A DNA stretch of 64,000 nt from Phycisphaerae bacterium. GTDB lineage: Bacteria; Planctomycetota; Phycisphaerae; UBA1845. Made by a program: the position numbers and the translations under genes. Of the stretch, positions 43,607 through 53,121 are shown one piece after another; position 1 is the first letter of the stretch; every line of letters begins with the position of its first letter. The stretch spans positions 842,554 through 906,553 of the forward strand of contig JAJDEB010000036.1 in the NCBI GenBank assembly GCA_029260015.1, read 5' to 3'. Below the pieces are notes generated by a model that was given only the letters and a program-made list of their open reading frames with translations, ran no database searches and was not told the origin of the DNA.

Positions 43607-45138
43607 GGTTTGCGGGGTGCAACTTGGCACCCGTCGGCGAGAATATCGCACACTTGGTCGTGAAGTTTGTTGTACGGACCGCTGGAGCCTCGGAATCCGT
43701 TGAAGATCACGCTGAATGCATACCAACAGTTGTCGGGCGTTCGCACGTATCCGCTGAGTGACCGCACGCCGCTGAGGTACCCCGTCTTGGCGAACACGTC
43801 CGCTTCGACATCAGACATGCGGCGTTTGAGTTTTCCGCCGGTCCGATTACCCGCAAGGGACTCGCGAAAGATCTGAGCGTCGGGATGCTTGTGCATGTAT
43901 TGCAGCAATCGCGCGAGATCTAATGCGGTAAGCTGATTGCTACGACTGAGGCCGCTGCCATCGGCGACGACCATTTTCTGCACATCACAGCCAGCCCGCT
44001 GCAATGTCTGGACGACGGCTTGGCGACCCGTGTCCCAACTGCCTGCCACCGGTACCCCGTTTCGCCGCTTCGACGACTCGCGCCCCAAACGCTTGAACAA
44101 GGCTTCAGCGCACATGTTTTGACTGTCTGTTCCGATGCGTCGCAGTACATCCGGAAGCGGGGTCACATGCTCAGCGATGATCCGCAAATCATTGGGCAGC
44201 CCGCCGTCGCGCGTCCGCACGCGCTCGAATCGCGTCTCGCCCCGCAGATGAATGTCCTCACCTGCCAGCGCCTCACGAATGGCCGTCGCGGCGAATTGAC
44301 TCGGTTGAAATACCGACACCGACTTAAGGGTCAGCCGCTTACCGACCTTGCCGCTGAGCACCAAATCTGACGTGCCGTGACGCCGTCCGATGATGGGCAC
44401 GGGCTTTCTGGATTTCGACGTCACACAATCGTTGATGACATTCAGCGCTGATGACGATGGAAAAATGGACCATGCGCACGCATCACCCGACTTGCCATTG
44501 GGCATCGCCGTGAGTTCGACGCAGTTGTTGTTGAGGTTGAGTCCACCGATCGGCGCGCCGTACCACTTCACCCGGTCAGCCGCCACCCAATCGGGATGGA
44601 AGTATTCAGCATCAAGAATCGTGTCATCGACGATGAAGTCGCCCGGAATAATCCACGAGTGAGCCGAGTCGCCGCCCTTGCTCGGACTGGTCCGTTCGCC
44701 CTCTGCCGCCAACGCGTCAGCCCAGGATTCGATAAACTTCAAAGGACTCGATCCGTCTGCTTCTGCCAACTTTGGATCGCCCAAAGTCGGGTCACCATCG
44801 CCGATGACGATCAGATCCTGACCGCGGGCGGCAAGCGTCGTGCGATAGACACCCTTCGATCCGATCGTGTCAAGCGCTGCGGCCATCACGATGAGTTTCT
44901 GGTTGCTGGCCGGAATCATCGAGCGGGTCTCGTTGAGACCAAATACCAATTCGCCCGAACCAAGGTCAATCACTGCCGCCCCACAAACCGCTCGCTTTTG
45001 GGGAAGCTTCCCAAGGGTCTTTCCCAGTTTTGATTCCAAGCCTCCAGCCCAAACGGGTACTGCCCCGAGAAGACCGATTGCGATTATCAGGATGACTGGA
45101 AACGCTGATCGAACTCTGAAACGACGAATAGGTGACAT
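43603..45138 (-). CDS. dacB: D-alanyl-D-alanine carboxypeptidase/endopeptidase (PBP4, peptidase S13)
   Basis: Motifs SxxK (IPASNQKL), SxN (DGSGLSRSN) and KTG (AKTGYLSGVRSLSGY). Signal peptide MSPIRRFRVRSAFPVILIIAIGLLGAVPVWA from the ATG at 45138; the ORF-track start is 45189. Confidence 0.85.
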   Translation of the reverse strand: MSPIRRFRVRSAFPVILIIAIGLLGAVPVWAGGLESKLGKTLGKLPQKRAVCGAAVIDLGSGELVFGLNETRSMIPASNQKLIVMAAALDTIGSKGVYRTTLAARGQDLIVIGDGDPTLGDPKLAEADGSSPLKFIESWADALAAEGERTSPSKGGDSAHSWIIPGDFIVDDTILDAEYFHPDWVAADRVKWYGAPIGGLNLNNNCVELTAMPNGKSGDACAWSIFPSSSALNVINDCVTSKSRKPVPIIGRRHGTSDLVLSGKVGKRLTLKSVSVFQPSQFAATAIREALAGEDIHLRGETRFERVRTRDGGLPNDLRIIAEHVTPLPDVLRRIGTDSQNMCAEALFKRLGRESSKRRNGVPVAGSWDTGRQAVVQTLQRAGCDVQKMVVADGSGLSRSNQLTALDLARLLQYMHKHPDAQIFRESLAGNRTGGKLKRRMSDVEADVFAKTGYLSGVRSLSGYVRTPDNCWYAFSVIFNGFRGSSGPYNKLHDQVCDILADGCQVAPRKP

Positions 45139-45252
45139 GTGGTGCAACCCTGTGTTCTTTGTGTTCTTTGGAAGAATGTCAAGTTTCAAAGGGCGATAAT
45201 AGGTGGATCGAGTCCTGTTTCAAGAGGAAGGTTTCCGGATATTCCGGTGGGG

Positions 45253-45280
45253 TTGACGCGGCCAAAACGAAAGATATATT
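45253..45280 (+). promoter_or_regulatory. Candidate promoter of tRNA-Asp (-35 TTGACG, 16-nt spacer, -10 TATATT)
   Basis: Read from the sequence; about 45 nt upstream of the tRNA 5' end. Confidence 0.45.
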
Positions 45281-45324
45281 CCTCATTGCGCATCGGTGAC
45301 AGCCAGACCACCAGATGCCTGCAT

Positions 45325-45398
45325 GGGGATGTAGCTCAATTGGTTAGAGCATCGGACTGTCGATCCGAAGGTTGCGAGTTCGAGTCTCGTCATCCTCG
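45325..45398 (+). tRNA. tRNA-Asp (anticodon GTC)
   Basis: Hand-folded cloverleaf: acceptor GGGGATG/CATCCTC, D arm GCTC-AATTGGTTA-GAGC, anticodon arm TCGGA-CTGTCGA-TCCGA, variable loop AGGTT, T arm GCGAG-TTCGAGT-CTCGT, discriminator G. No CCA is encoded. Confidence 0.9.
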
Positions 45399-45459
45399 TT
45401 TTTCCCGCCCAAGAATATAAACCCTCACTCCCACCAATCCTGGTTTAAGTTTAACCCAT

Positions 45460-48159
45460 TTAGGGACACGGTTGCCCAAACCGTTGCTGCAAGAGCCAGA
45501 AATCCTGAAGGTCTACGTCTTCGTCCTGATCCAAGTCTCGTCCGACGCAATCGCCAACTAGCGTCACCATGGAGCCGGATGTGCATTCAACGTAGTCTTG
45601 CGGGATGACGCCGCAACCGACAAACGCCGACAGACAGGCTTCGTCTTCGGAGTCGACAATTCCGCTTGCGTCAAGATCAATCGGATTCAATGCAAACGCA
45701 TCGAGGTCGGCTGCGTCAACCACGCCATTTTCGTCGATGTCAAACAGGCGATAAAACGATGCAAGCGACTGAATTTCATCCAGCGATAGCGCTCGGTCAA
45801 AAATCAGGACGTCGTCGATCAAACCATCGAAGGGTCGGTTTCGGGCTGGCTGGTTGCCGATCGCAGCCGCAACAACTGGGTCGGTCGCGACATTTCCCGT
45901 CTTGCCCGTCGATCCAACCTGAACACCATCGTGCCAGACATGCATCTGCGTCCCGTCATAAGTACCGGCAACGTGCGTCCAAACACCCGGATCCAGCGCC
46001 CCACTGCTGGCGATCAAGGTGGTCGTCGATCCGCCAACCGTCTGCAATCGGAATCGCAACACATGGTCACCGCCAGACGCGATTGAACTAAGCATCCAAA
46101 TGTGTTCGTTGTCTAATACGCCGCTTGCTTTGCTGATGATTCGACCGTCCATCTGGTCGAAGTCATCGAATCGTACCCACGCGCTGATCGTCAGTTCGTT
46201 GCTATCGATATCGAAAAAACCCAGATCAATGACATCGTCAACACCATCAAATGATGCGGCGAACTTCGCGTCACTCGTGCGACCATTGTCCCAGTTCGCA
46301 CCGTCAAATACACCGTGATGACTGCCGCTGGCTGTATCCAATGCCAACATGCCAGCCCCTTGATTGAACCGCCATGCGGCGATCAATCCGTTGGTGAATT
46401 CATCCATGCATGGAACCACAAACACATCGACGGTGTCACTCACGGTGCTGACTTCATCGGCGATGGTGTACTCAAACGTGTACCAGCCCGTCTCGGTCGG
46501 CGTGAAATAAGCAACCGTTTCATCGCTGTTGAGTAAGGTGACCGGTGTCCCACCCACCTGTTGCCAACCATCGATGAGCAGAAGTTCATCCGTGTCGGGA
46601 TCGTTTGATGCAGAACCGCTGACGTACGCCTGCTCGCCCATGACCACAGTCCGATCGACGCCGGCATTGGCGACAGGTGGCTGATTGCAACTGGCGTCCG
46701 GGCAAATGAAGTAGAACGCTTCCGTGATGATGCTGGGGGCGAATTTGTCGGCGAAGCCTCTGGCCCGCACCGTTCTCGATTGTGTCAGGACCAGCGGTTG
46801 ATCATAAAGTGTGTTGGTTATTGTCGGCGGCGATCCATCGAGCGTGTATCGAATATCGGCATCAGGCGTTGTAGTCGTCATCGATATCGAAACCGAATTT
46901 TCGTAACTGCCTGCTGGCGGAGCAAGGATTGGCGCGGCGACCGATTGGGCACCGGTGTATTGAATGCGATGGATGCGACCGTTGAACGTCTGGTACGTCG
47001 TGTACATGTAGTAGATGTCCCCTTCGGGTCCGATGCGAAGATTAACCGGCTTGATGATGTCGGTCGCAAAGCGCTCGGTCGTCAGATCTAATTCCGACTG
47101 AACTGTATTGATGACCCCGGTGGGACTTGCGTTGCTTCCCCAATGGCAAACGAACAGTCTTCCGTTGTATTCCGGCGGGAGCGTTCCCAAGCTTCCGTCA
47201 TACCAATCGCCACCGGTAATCAACGTATCCGCGCTGCTGCCAGAGATGGTGGTGTTGACCCAAGCGCCACGTTCTACGCCGATTCCACCATAACCCTGAT
47301 GCCCGAAATTTGCGCCGGCTTCGACTTGCAGGATGTTCGTTTTGTTGGGACCGTTCGCCTCGTTGATATAGAGGTTTCCCGATTGCGCGTTGAAGGTCAT
47401 CGAGTACGGATTGCGCAATCCAAGACAATAGATGCCTCGAAGCGGGCCAGCTGCCTGCGCGTAAAATGGATTGTCCGTCGGAATGGTGCCATCGGAATTG
47501 ATCCGATAGAGCTTGCCGGTATAGGCCGCTAAACTTTGTACATTGTCACCACCGTTCCAACCGTCACCAGTGGCGATGTACAACTTGCCGTCGGCACCGA
47601 AATCAATCGCCCCACCGTTATGACTTCCGCTGGAGGCCGTCGAGTTGAACGGTAATTCAATCAGCAACGTTTCACCGGGCAACGCTTGATTGGGTTGCAC
47701 CGGGTCCTGCACAATGCGCACGACACGGTTGTGCCTGGGATTGTGTTTCATGTAAAACGCATAGACGTGGCCATTGCTGGTAAAATCCGGATCAAACGCA
47801 AAGTCGCGCAGCCCGGACGAGCGATGGGCAAGCGGCTCACCTCCGCCATCAACGGGAATATCAAACGTCGCGTACGGCTGGGGATCAACAACCCACTGGT
47901 CATTGCCCGAATCATAGTTGGCAGTACGCAGTGCTCCTTTGACCCGTTCCGAAAAAAACAGACGACCATCGGGTGAAAACTTGAACCCGCTTGGCGAGTC
48001 TATGTTTCCGATCATCTGGTCGTCGACGAATCCTTCTGGCAGCGCCGCGCCGACCGACGCCGCGTGCAATGCGATAACACCGAATGCCATCACGAAATAA
48101 ATAATCTGAAAAGCAATCGTTTGAGTCGGACCACTACCGCCAGAGTGAATTCGCTTCAT
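45460..48159 (-). CDS. Large secreted multidomain protein: glucose/sorbosone dehydrogenase-like beta-propeller, Ig/chitobiase-C-like modules, LamG-like lectin domain and dockerin-like C-terminus
   Basis: I use the ATG at 48159 (GGAGG upstream, signal peptide). Propeller motifs: LRDFAFDPDF..NGHVYAFY, HNGGAIDFGADGKLYIATGDG, GKLYRINSDGTIPTDNPF, GLRNPYSMTF. LamG-like segment: LTISAWVRFDDF. C-terminus: DIDENGVVDAADLD ... DLDQDEDVDLQDF. Confidence 0.75.
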   Translation of the reverse strand: MKRIHSGGSGPTQTIAFQIIYFVMAFGVIALHAASVGAALPEGFVDDQMIGNIDSPSGFKFSPDGRLFFSERVKGALRTANYDSGNDQWVVDPQPYATFDIPVDGGGEPLAHRSSGLRDFAFDPDFTSNGHVYAFYMKHNPRHNRVVRIVQDPVQPNQALPGETLLIELPFNSTASSGSHNGGAIDFGADGKLYIATGDGWNGGDNVQSLAAYTGKLYRINSDGTIPTDNPFYAQAAGPLRGIYCLGLRNPYSMTFNAQSGNLYINEANGPNKTNILQVEAGANFGHQGYGGIGVERGAWVNTTISGSSADTLITGGDWYDGSLGTLPPEYNGRLFVCHWGSNASPTGVINTVQSELDLTTERFATDIIKPVNLRIGPEGDIYYMYTTYQTFNGRIHRIQYTGAQSVAAPILAPPAGSYENSVSISMTTTTPDADIRYTLDGSPPTITNTLYDQPLVLTQSRTVRARGFADKFAPSIITEAFYFICPDASCNQPPVANAGVDRTVVMGEQAYVSGSASNDPDTDELLLIDGWQQVGGTPVTLLNSDETVAYFTPTETGWYTFEYTIADEVSTVSDTVDVFVVPCMDEFTNGLIAAWRFNQGAGMLALDTASGSHHGVFDGANWDNGRTSDAKFAASFDGVDDVIDLGFFDIDSNELTISAWVRFDDFDQMDGRIISKASGVLDNEHIWMLSSIASGGDHVLRFRLQTVGGSTTTLIASSGALDPGVWTHVAGTYDGTQMHVWHDGVQVGSTGKTGNVATDPVVAAAIGNQPARNRPFDGLIDDVLIFDRALSLDEIQSLASFYRLFDIDENGVVDAADLDAFALNPIDLDASGIVDSEDEACLSAFVGCGVIPQDYVECTSGSMVTLVGDCVGRDLDQDEDVDLQDFWLLQQRFGQPCP

Positions 48160-48370
48160 GACCGCCTCGCCTCCGTCAAGGATTGGTATCGTGAAATTCA
48201 ATGCCAATCGTTTCTGTTCGAGGAATTGGTGCGGCCCCCACGCTACCCCGCCTACGATGCTATGGATTCACCGAACCTGATCAAACAAACTTTGCGCTAA
48301 ATCCGCCTTTTGCGGCCTGCCGTTGAATCGTCGCTGGAAATTCTGATGGGTAAAACTGCGCGGGTATGAA

Positions 48371-50059
48371 TCAATCGCCAAGGGGGTCTTTGGGTGTCCC
48401 GCCCAATGCGCGGATCGTGGCTTCGAGGATTCGGCGGGCGGGGGGCATGTCGCATTTCGCTTCGGCGTCGATCAGTGTGGGAAGGTCCGACTTGATCGCC
48501 ACTTTCGAAACGGCGCTGGCCGCCCTGACTTGAACTTGCTCGTGTCCGTCATCTTCAATCAGCTTTAGCAAAGTTCGCAGCAGCGCTTTGTGCTTGGGGT
48601 CGTTGGGGTTTGCGCAAGATTCGGCGGCCATGCATGCCCGAATGCGAACGTTGCGATCATCGTCTTCGAGCAGCCGAATCAGCAGCGCGCCGTCTGTATT
48701 CGGGTCGCGGCGTTCGGCGATCCCATACGCCGCCCATGCCCGCACCGTGCTGTCCTTGTCTTCGGTCAGTTCAATCAGGCGTATGCCATGTTGCGGTTGC
48801 TTTCCGAACGCGACAGCGAACACCGCGATCGCTCGAATGTTGGCCTCTGGTGATTTCGTCAACACCAACATTGCGTCACCGTTGGATTCCATCAACTCCC
48901 GAAACGTCGAACGAATCGGTTCGAGCGTCTCAACTTCGCTACGGAGAGCCGCCCCCTGCCATCGCCTCACCAGCACCACAAGCATTTCAACGAGTTGCCC
49001 ATCATCGAGTTCGCCGATGGTGCGATCCTCCATCTCGGCGCGCTCGAGAATATCATTGGCCACCGGTAGCCACAGGCTTTTCGGATGGTCCTTGATGAAC
49101 GTCCTCAGTTTGTCTTTGGCATCTTCCGTCGCAAATTGCAGTGCCTCGCGGGCCAAGTTGCTGAGCGGTTGAATCTGTCCTGCCGCCTCGTCCAACTCTT
49201 CGCCACGCAAGCGGCGCCGTTCGGCGATTTTGATCTTTACTTCAAACGAAAGCTCGCGTCGTTGGTGCGGCGGTCCGTATTCCAGAACGACTTGCGAATC
49301 GACCGATTCCAGACTTCGCTTCGACACGCGCCATCGCCAATCGCCCCGAGCCAGTTTGATGTTGGCAACGTCGTCAAATTCGCCCGCCAACCGGCCGTCA
49401 AATTCAAACGTACCCACCGCTTCGCGCTCCGCACGGGCTCCGTCCGTTCTGACGTATCGATGAGTCCACGCACCCTCCAATTCCGAACGTTTCGATGGCG
49501 TTTTCCATTCGGTGTCAGGCGAGACGAGATCGTCGGGCCAATGGGCAAAGTCGAGAGCGAGCAGCATCGCTGCACGTTGCACGCGCGACCCACCGACTGC
49601 CGACGCATCCGCGTTTTCCGAATCGACCTCGCCCACATGAAGCTGCACCGAACGCGGCGGTAAGCCAACCATTTTCGGATGCGGTATGTCGGCAAGTGGC
49701 TCACCACCACGCGTAAACGCCGTGATCACCGGATCGTCGAGTTGCATCATCCAAACCCGTTGCGCCGATTTGGGACGGGCATCCGACGCTGGAAGCACCA
49801 GCAAACGCAACCGTCCCGTCTGTTCAAAGGTTATTTCATCGTCGTGGCGTCGCTGTGGCGTGCGCCGAATACCTCGCACGATAACGTCGTATTGGGCATA
49901 CGCACCGGGCGAAAGATCATTTCGCAAACGTACATGTCCACCGTGTGCATGGACGGAAGGCAGTAGATTGAGGTTCAGGGTCGCCGGGAAGAGAAACGTC
50001 GCCACAAGAATCATGGCGATGTTCTTTAGATCGATTGGTTTAAGTTGATTCCGCATCAT
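48371..50059 (-). CDS. HEAT-repeat domain protein (secreted or periplasmic, hypothetical)
   Basis: 562-aa ORF with an N-terminal signal-like segment. The C-terminal half has repeated ..D.D..VR..AA.. HEAT-like units. Its start overlaps the lgt stop by 20 nt. Confidence 0.7.
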   Translation of the reverse strand: MMRNQLKPIDLKNIAMILVATFLFPATLNLNLLPSVHAHGGHVRLRNDLSPGAYAQYDVIVRGIRRTPQRRHDDEITFEQTGRLRLLVLPASDARPKSAQRVWMMQLDDPVITAFTRGGEPLADIPHPKMVGLPPRSVQLHVGEVDSENADASAVGGSRVQRAAMLLALDFAHWPDDLVSPDTEWKTPSKRSELEGAWTHRYVRTDGARAEREAVGTFEFDGRLAGEFDDVANIKLARGDWRWRVSKRSLESVDSQVVLEYGPPHQRRELSFEVKIKIAERRRLRGEELDEAAGQIQPLSNLAREALQFATEDAKDKLRTFIKDHPKSLWLPVANDILERAEMEDRTIGELDDGQLVEMLVVLVRRWQGAALRSEVETLEPIRSTFRELMESNGDAMLVLTKSPEANIRAIAVFAVAFGKQPQHGIRLIELTEDKDSTVRAWAAYGIAERRDPNTDGALLIRLLEDDDRNVRIRACMAAESCANPNDPKHKALLRTLLKLIEDDGHEQVQVRAASAVSKVAIKSDLPTLIDAEAKCDMPPARRILEATIRALGGTPKDPLGD

Positions 50060-51254
50060 CGGGTTCAGGCGGTGGAGGGATAAAAGGAACTGCTTTCGGC
50101 GAGCGGGCTGGCGATTTGAAAATGTAAATCATGTAAGCGACGCCAAACAGAAACATGCCAACACTGACCGCCTGCGAAATCGTCAATCCGGCAGAGTCGT
50201 GCGGATTGTCGACGCGAACGTATTCAAGAAGGATTCGTGTAATCGGATAGATCAGGATCATGGTTCCAAAAACAACACCATGTCGCTTACGGTGGTTGGC
50301 AATTTCCAACAACAGCCAGCTTAGCAAAAATGCATTGATCACCGCATAAATCTGTGCCGGATGCACCAGAACAGAGCGATGTTGATGGGCAAGGTCTTCT
50401 AGTTCCGAAATGGTGGTCGGTCGTTCAGGATCACTCCGGGATGGAAACCCCCGCGCGCCATTGAGCGTATCGAATCGAGCACCCTCGCGTTTTAGTTTTT
50501 CGATATTCGTCTTGAGTTCCTTCTCCATCGCGCTGATTGTCTTGGATTCGACTCCGAGCGATGTGGCTTCCTTGATGTCGCGCTGCAGCTGGCGAATCTC
50601 TGCCGGAAGTCCGTCGCGCTCTTCAGGAGACATTTCGAGCAACGTGCGCGGAAGGAGGTAGGGCTGACTCATCCGTCCGGGAAAACTGACGATCAGTTCT
50701 GCTGGCAAAGTCGTCTGGCGGTTTTCCCATTGACGCACTTCAGCCGGGCTTCCATAAGGAAAGGTGATGCCCCACGGGACGGTGGCTTGCCCATTCGGTG
50801 CGACACAAATACCGCCCCAGCAACAACCATTGAGCAGACATCCGATGCGTCCAAACGCCAAACCCCATGCCGCACCGGGAAACAGGATATCCAAATACAT
50901 CCGCACCGATACGCGTTTGAGCGCCAGATAGGTGACCGTCCCTATCGCCGCGCAGATCAGACCACCGTAATATTCAAGCCCGCCGCTCGTCATGTTGAGC
51001 GCCGCGAGCAGCGGATTTTCCTGCGTCGCGAAACTGGTTTCCCAATAGTGCAGCACAAAAAACAATCGCCCTCCGCCCACACCGCAAAGCAGCGAGACGA
51101 AACCCACATTCAGGATGATGTCCGGGTCGGCTTTGACATGCTCAGCCCGACGCATGCACAACCACACACCGGTCAAGAATCCAAGTGTGAGCATCGCACC
51201 GTAGCTTTTGACGGGCGCATCTATGAAGGGGATAGTGAATAATTCTGGGTACAT
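50040..51254 (-). CDS. lgt: Prolipoprotein diacylglyceryl transferase with a roughly 100-aa insertion
   Basis: Motifs YGAMLTLGFLTG, YYGGLI, FGRIGCLLNGCCWG and HPAQIYA. It is 404 aa, whereas I recall E. coli Lgt as about 290 aa. Confidence 0.85.
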   Translation of the reverse strand: MYPELFTIPFIDAPVKSYGAMLTLGFLTGVWLCMRRAEHVKADPDIILNVGFVSLLCGVGGGRLFFVLHYWETSFATQENPLLAALNMTSGGLEYYGGLICAAIGTVTYLALKRVSVRMYLDILFPGAAWGLAFGRIGCLLNGCCWGGICVAPNGQATVPWGITFPYGSPAEVRQWENRQTTLPAELIVSFPGRMSQPYLLPRTLLEMSPEERDGLPAEIRQLQRDIKEATSLGVESKTISAMEKELKTNIEKLKREGARFDTLNGARGFPSRSDPERPTTISELEDLAHQHRSVLVHPAQIYAVINAFLLSWLLLEIANHRKRHGVVFGTMILIYPITRILLEYVRVDNPHDSAGLTISQAVSVGMFLFGVAYMIYIFKSPARSPKAVPFIPPPPEPDDAEST

Positions 51255-51293
51255 AAATCGCTTTGAAGACCCTGCCGTACTGCGCCGGGTGAT

Positions 51294-51357
51294 GTAGGGT
51301 GGGCCGTGCCCACCGTCGTTCGTCGTGTTAGATATTGGTGGGCACGGCCCACCCTAC
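51294..51357. repeat. Inverted REP doublet (REPIN-like): GTAGGGTGGGCCGTGCCCACC - 22 nt - GGTGGGCACGGCCCACCCTAC
   Basis: Two 21-mers in perfect inverted orientation, between lgt and panC. The same 21-mer flanks the RAYT gene at 61046 and 61691. Confidence 0.9.
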
Positions 51358-51419
51358 CAATTCATCGCCGAGTTTATCCGACCGCTCGGTGAATCGTTCG
51401 TCGCATCCTAGCGGCCTGC

Positions 51420-52274
51420 TTAGGGTGCGTCCACTGCCACGTTGTCAATCAATCGGGTTTCACCGAAATGCGCTGCGACGCATATTCGCGCCGGCTTGTC
51501 GATTTCGGGCAAAGGCTCCAGATTGGTGGCATCGACAATCTCGACATAGTCGATGCGGTCCACGCCACTTGTTTCAATTTGGTGACGAATACTGGCAGTT
51601 AGTTGCGCAGCATCGCGCCTCCCAGCCCGAACAGACTCGACCGCACCCGATAGACTTTCGTAGAAGCTCGTCGCGGCTTTTCGCTGCTCGGGCGAAAGAA
51701 ACCGATTGCGGCTGGAAATCGCCAAACCGTCGGCTTCCCGGCAAGTCGGGCAGGCTACAATTTCCACTGGGATCGAAAGATCCGCGACCATCTGCCGCAC
51801 AATCAACAACTGCTGAAAGTCCTTCTCGCCGAAGAACGCACGGTTGGGACCGACAATTCCGAAGAGTTTGGCCACCACGGTGCAGACGCCATCAAAGTGA
51901 TTCTGACGCGATTGGCCGCAAAGGCGATCGGCAAGGCGGCTGACATGCACGCGCGTCAGCAGCCCGGCTTCTTCACCGTACATCTCGCGGACGCTTGGGC
52001 AAAACACGACATCTGCGACCCGCTCCTCGCAGCCAGCCAGGTCGGCATCGAGCGTTTCCGGATAGCGGTCGAAGTCTTCGGCCGGACTAAACTGGAGCGG
52101 ATTGACGAATATGCTCACGACGACGTCGTCACATTCACGGCGGGCTTGATCAATCAGTGACCAGTGTCCCTCGTGAAGGGCTCCCATCGTTGGGACGAAA
52201 CCGATCGATCGGCCCGCCTGCCGCGCTTCGGCCAGCAGTTTGCGAACGCCATCGATGGTCTGTGCAGTCTTCAT
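51420..52274 (-). CDS. panC: Pantoate--beta-alanine ligase
   Basis: Motifs FVPTMGALHEGH and VVSIFVNPLQF. I start at the ATG at 52274 (MKTAQTIDG..); the ORF-track start at 52406 adds 44 non-conserved residues. Confidence 0.9.
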   Translation of the reverse strand: MKTAQTIDGVRKLLAEARQAGRSIGFVPTMGALHEGHWSLIDQARRECDDVVVSIFVNPLQFSPAEDFDRYPETLDADLAGCEERVADVVFCPSVREMYGEEAGLLTRVHVSRLADRLCGQSRQNHFDGVCTVVAKLFGIVGPNRAFFGEKDFQQLLIVRQMVADLSIPVEIVACPTCREADGLAISSRNRFLSPEQRKAATSFYESLSGAVESVRAGRRDAAQLTASIRHQIETSGVDRIDYVEIVDATNLEPLPEIDKPARICVAAHFGETRLIDNVAVDAP

Positions 52275-52486
52275 AGCAGAGTTTCCAGGGCCATTCCGCC
52301 TGAGTGGAATCGTTGGAAGCATCGTATTCGCTGAATCTGGCGAGACAACTGATCGATCCGATTCGACCGGGAATCGAACTGGCCGTATGTACCAGCCCAT
52401 TGTCACGTTGACACCTGAGATTTGGGGTCATATCGTCGCGATCGAAAAATTTCATCCGCCAATAACTAACCCAACCCTGTCATTCG

Positions 52487-53113
52487 GTGTCTGTTCCATT
52501 GGAAGAATCGAAAAACGGCAACAACCCACAAGCGGACAGGCAGCAGGATGCCCAATGGGTCCTTACCGCCCGGGCTGGCGATCTTGGAGCCTTTGATAAG
52601 CTGGTGGAGCGTCACCGTCGCCAAGCCGTCTCTGTCGCATTTAGATTGCTGAATCGCATTGAGGACGCCACGGACGTTGCCCAGGACGCCTTTGTGCGAG
52701 CGTTTCAGAATCTGGAGAAGCTCGACGATCCCGGCAAGTTTGCTGGCTGGCTGATGCGGATCGTGACGAACCTTTCGCTGAACTTCCGACGATCGCGGGC
52801 CCGTCATCAGATGGCCCCAGTGGACGACGCGATCAAATTCGACGAGGCGCTGCGCCATCCCACGGGTGCCAAAATGGTCACTGCCGCGGCTGACGATTCG
52901 CTGTCGAAGAAGGAACTCGAACGGGTGGTTCGCGAGGCGATCGATGCCTTGCCGGAAAAACAACGCACCGCGCTGAAACTGTTTGCGATTGAAGGGCTAT
53001 CGCAAAAAGAGGTGGCGAACATGATGGAATGCTCGCTGGAGTTGGTGAAATGGAACGTCTTTCAAGCGCGAAAGAATCTGCGGACGATGCTGTCTGATTT
53101 TGTTGAAGATTGA
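52487..53113 (+). CDS. ECF-family RNA polymerase sigma factor
   Basis: 208-aa ORF with a GTG start. Region 2 is FDKLVERHRRQAVSVAFRLLNRIEDATDVAQDAFVRAF. Region 4 is LPEKQRTALKLFAIEGLSQKEVANMMECSLELVKWNVFQARKNL. Confidence 0.9.
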   Translation: MSVPLEESKNGNNPQADRQQDAQWVLTARAGDLGAFDKLVERHRRQAVSVAFRLLNRIEDATDVAQDAFVRAFQNLEKLDDPGKFAGWLMRIVTNLSLNFRRSRARHQMAPVDDAIKFDEALRHPTGAKMVTAAADDSLSKKELERVVREAIDALPEKQRTALKLFAIEGLSQKEVANMMECSLELVKWNVFQARKNLRTMLSDFVED

Positions 53114-53121
53114 AAACTGCC

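Noticed and set aside
45399-45459. tRNA-Asp as an integration hotspot (island, integrase or att duplication downstream)
   Set aside because: No integrase or phage-like gene follows, there is no repeat of the tRNA 3' end in the window, and the neighbouring gene has normal GC.
51335-51943. 202-aa plus-strand ORF beginning MVGTAHPT
   Set aside because: It starts inside the REP doublet and then runs antisense through panC. The MVGTAHPT peptide is simply the translated REP.
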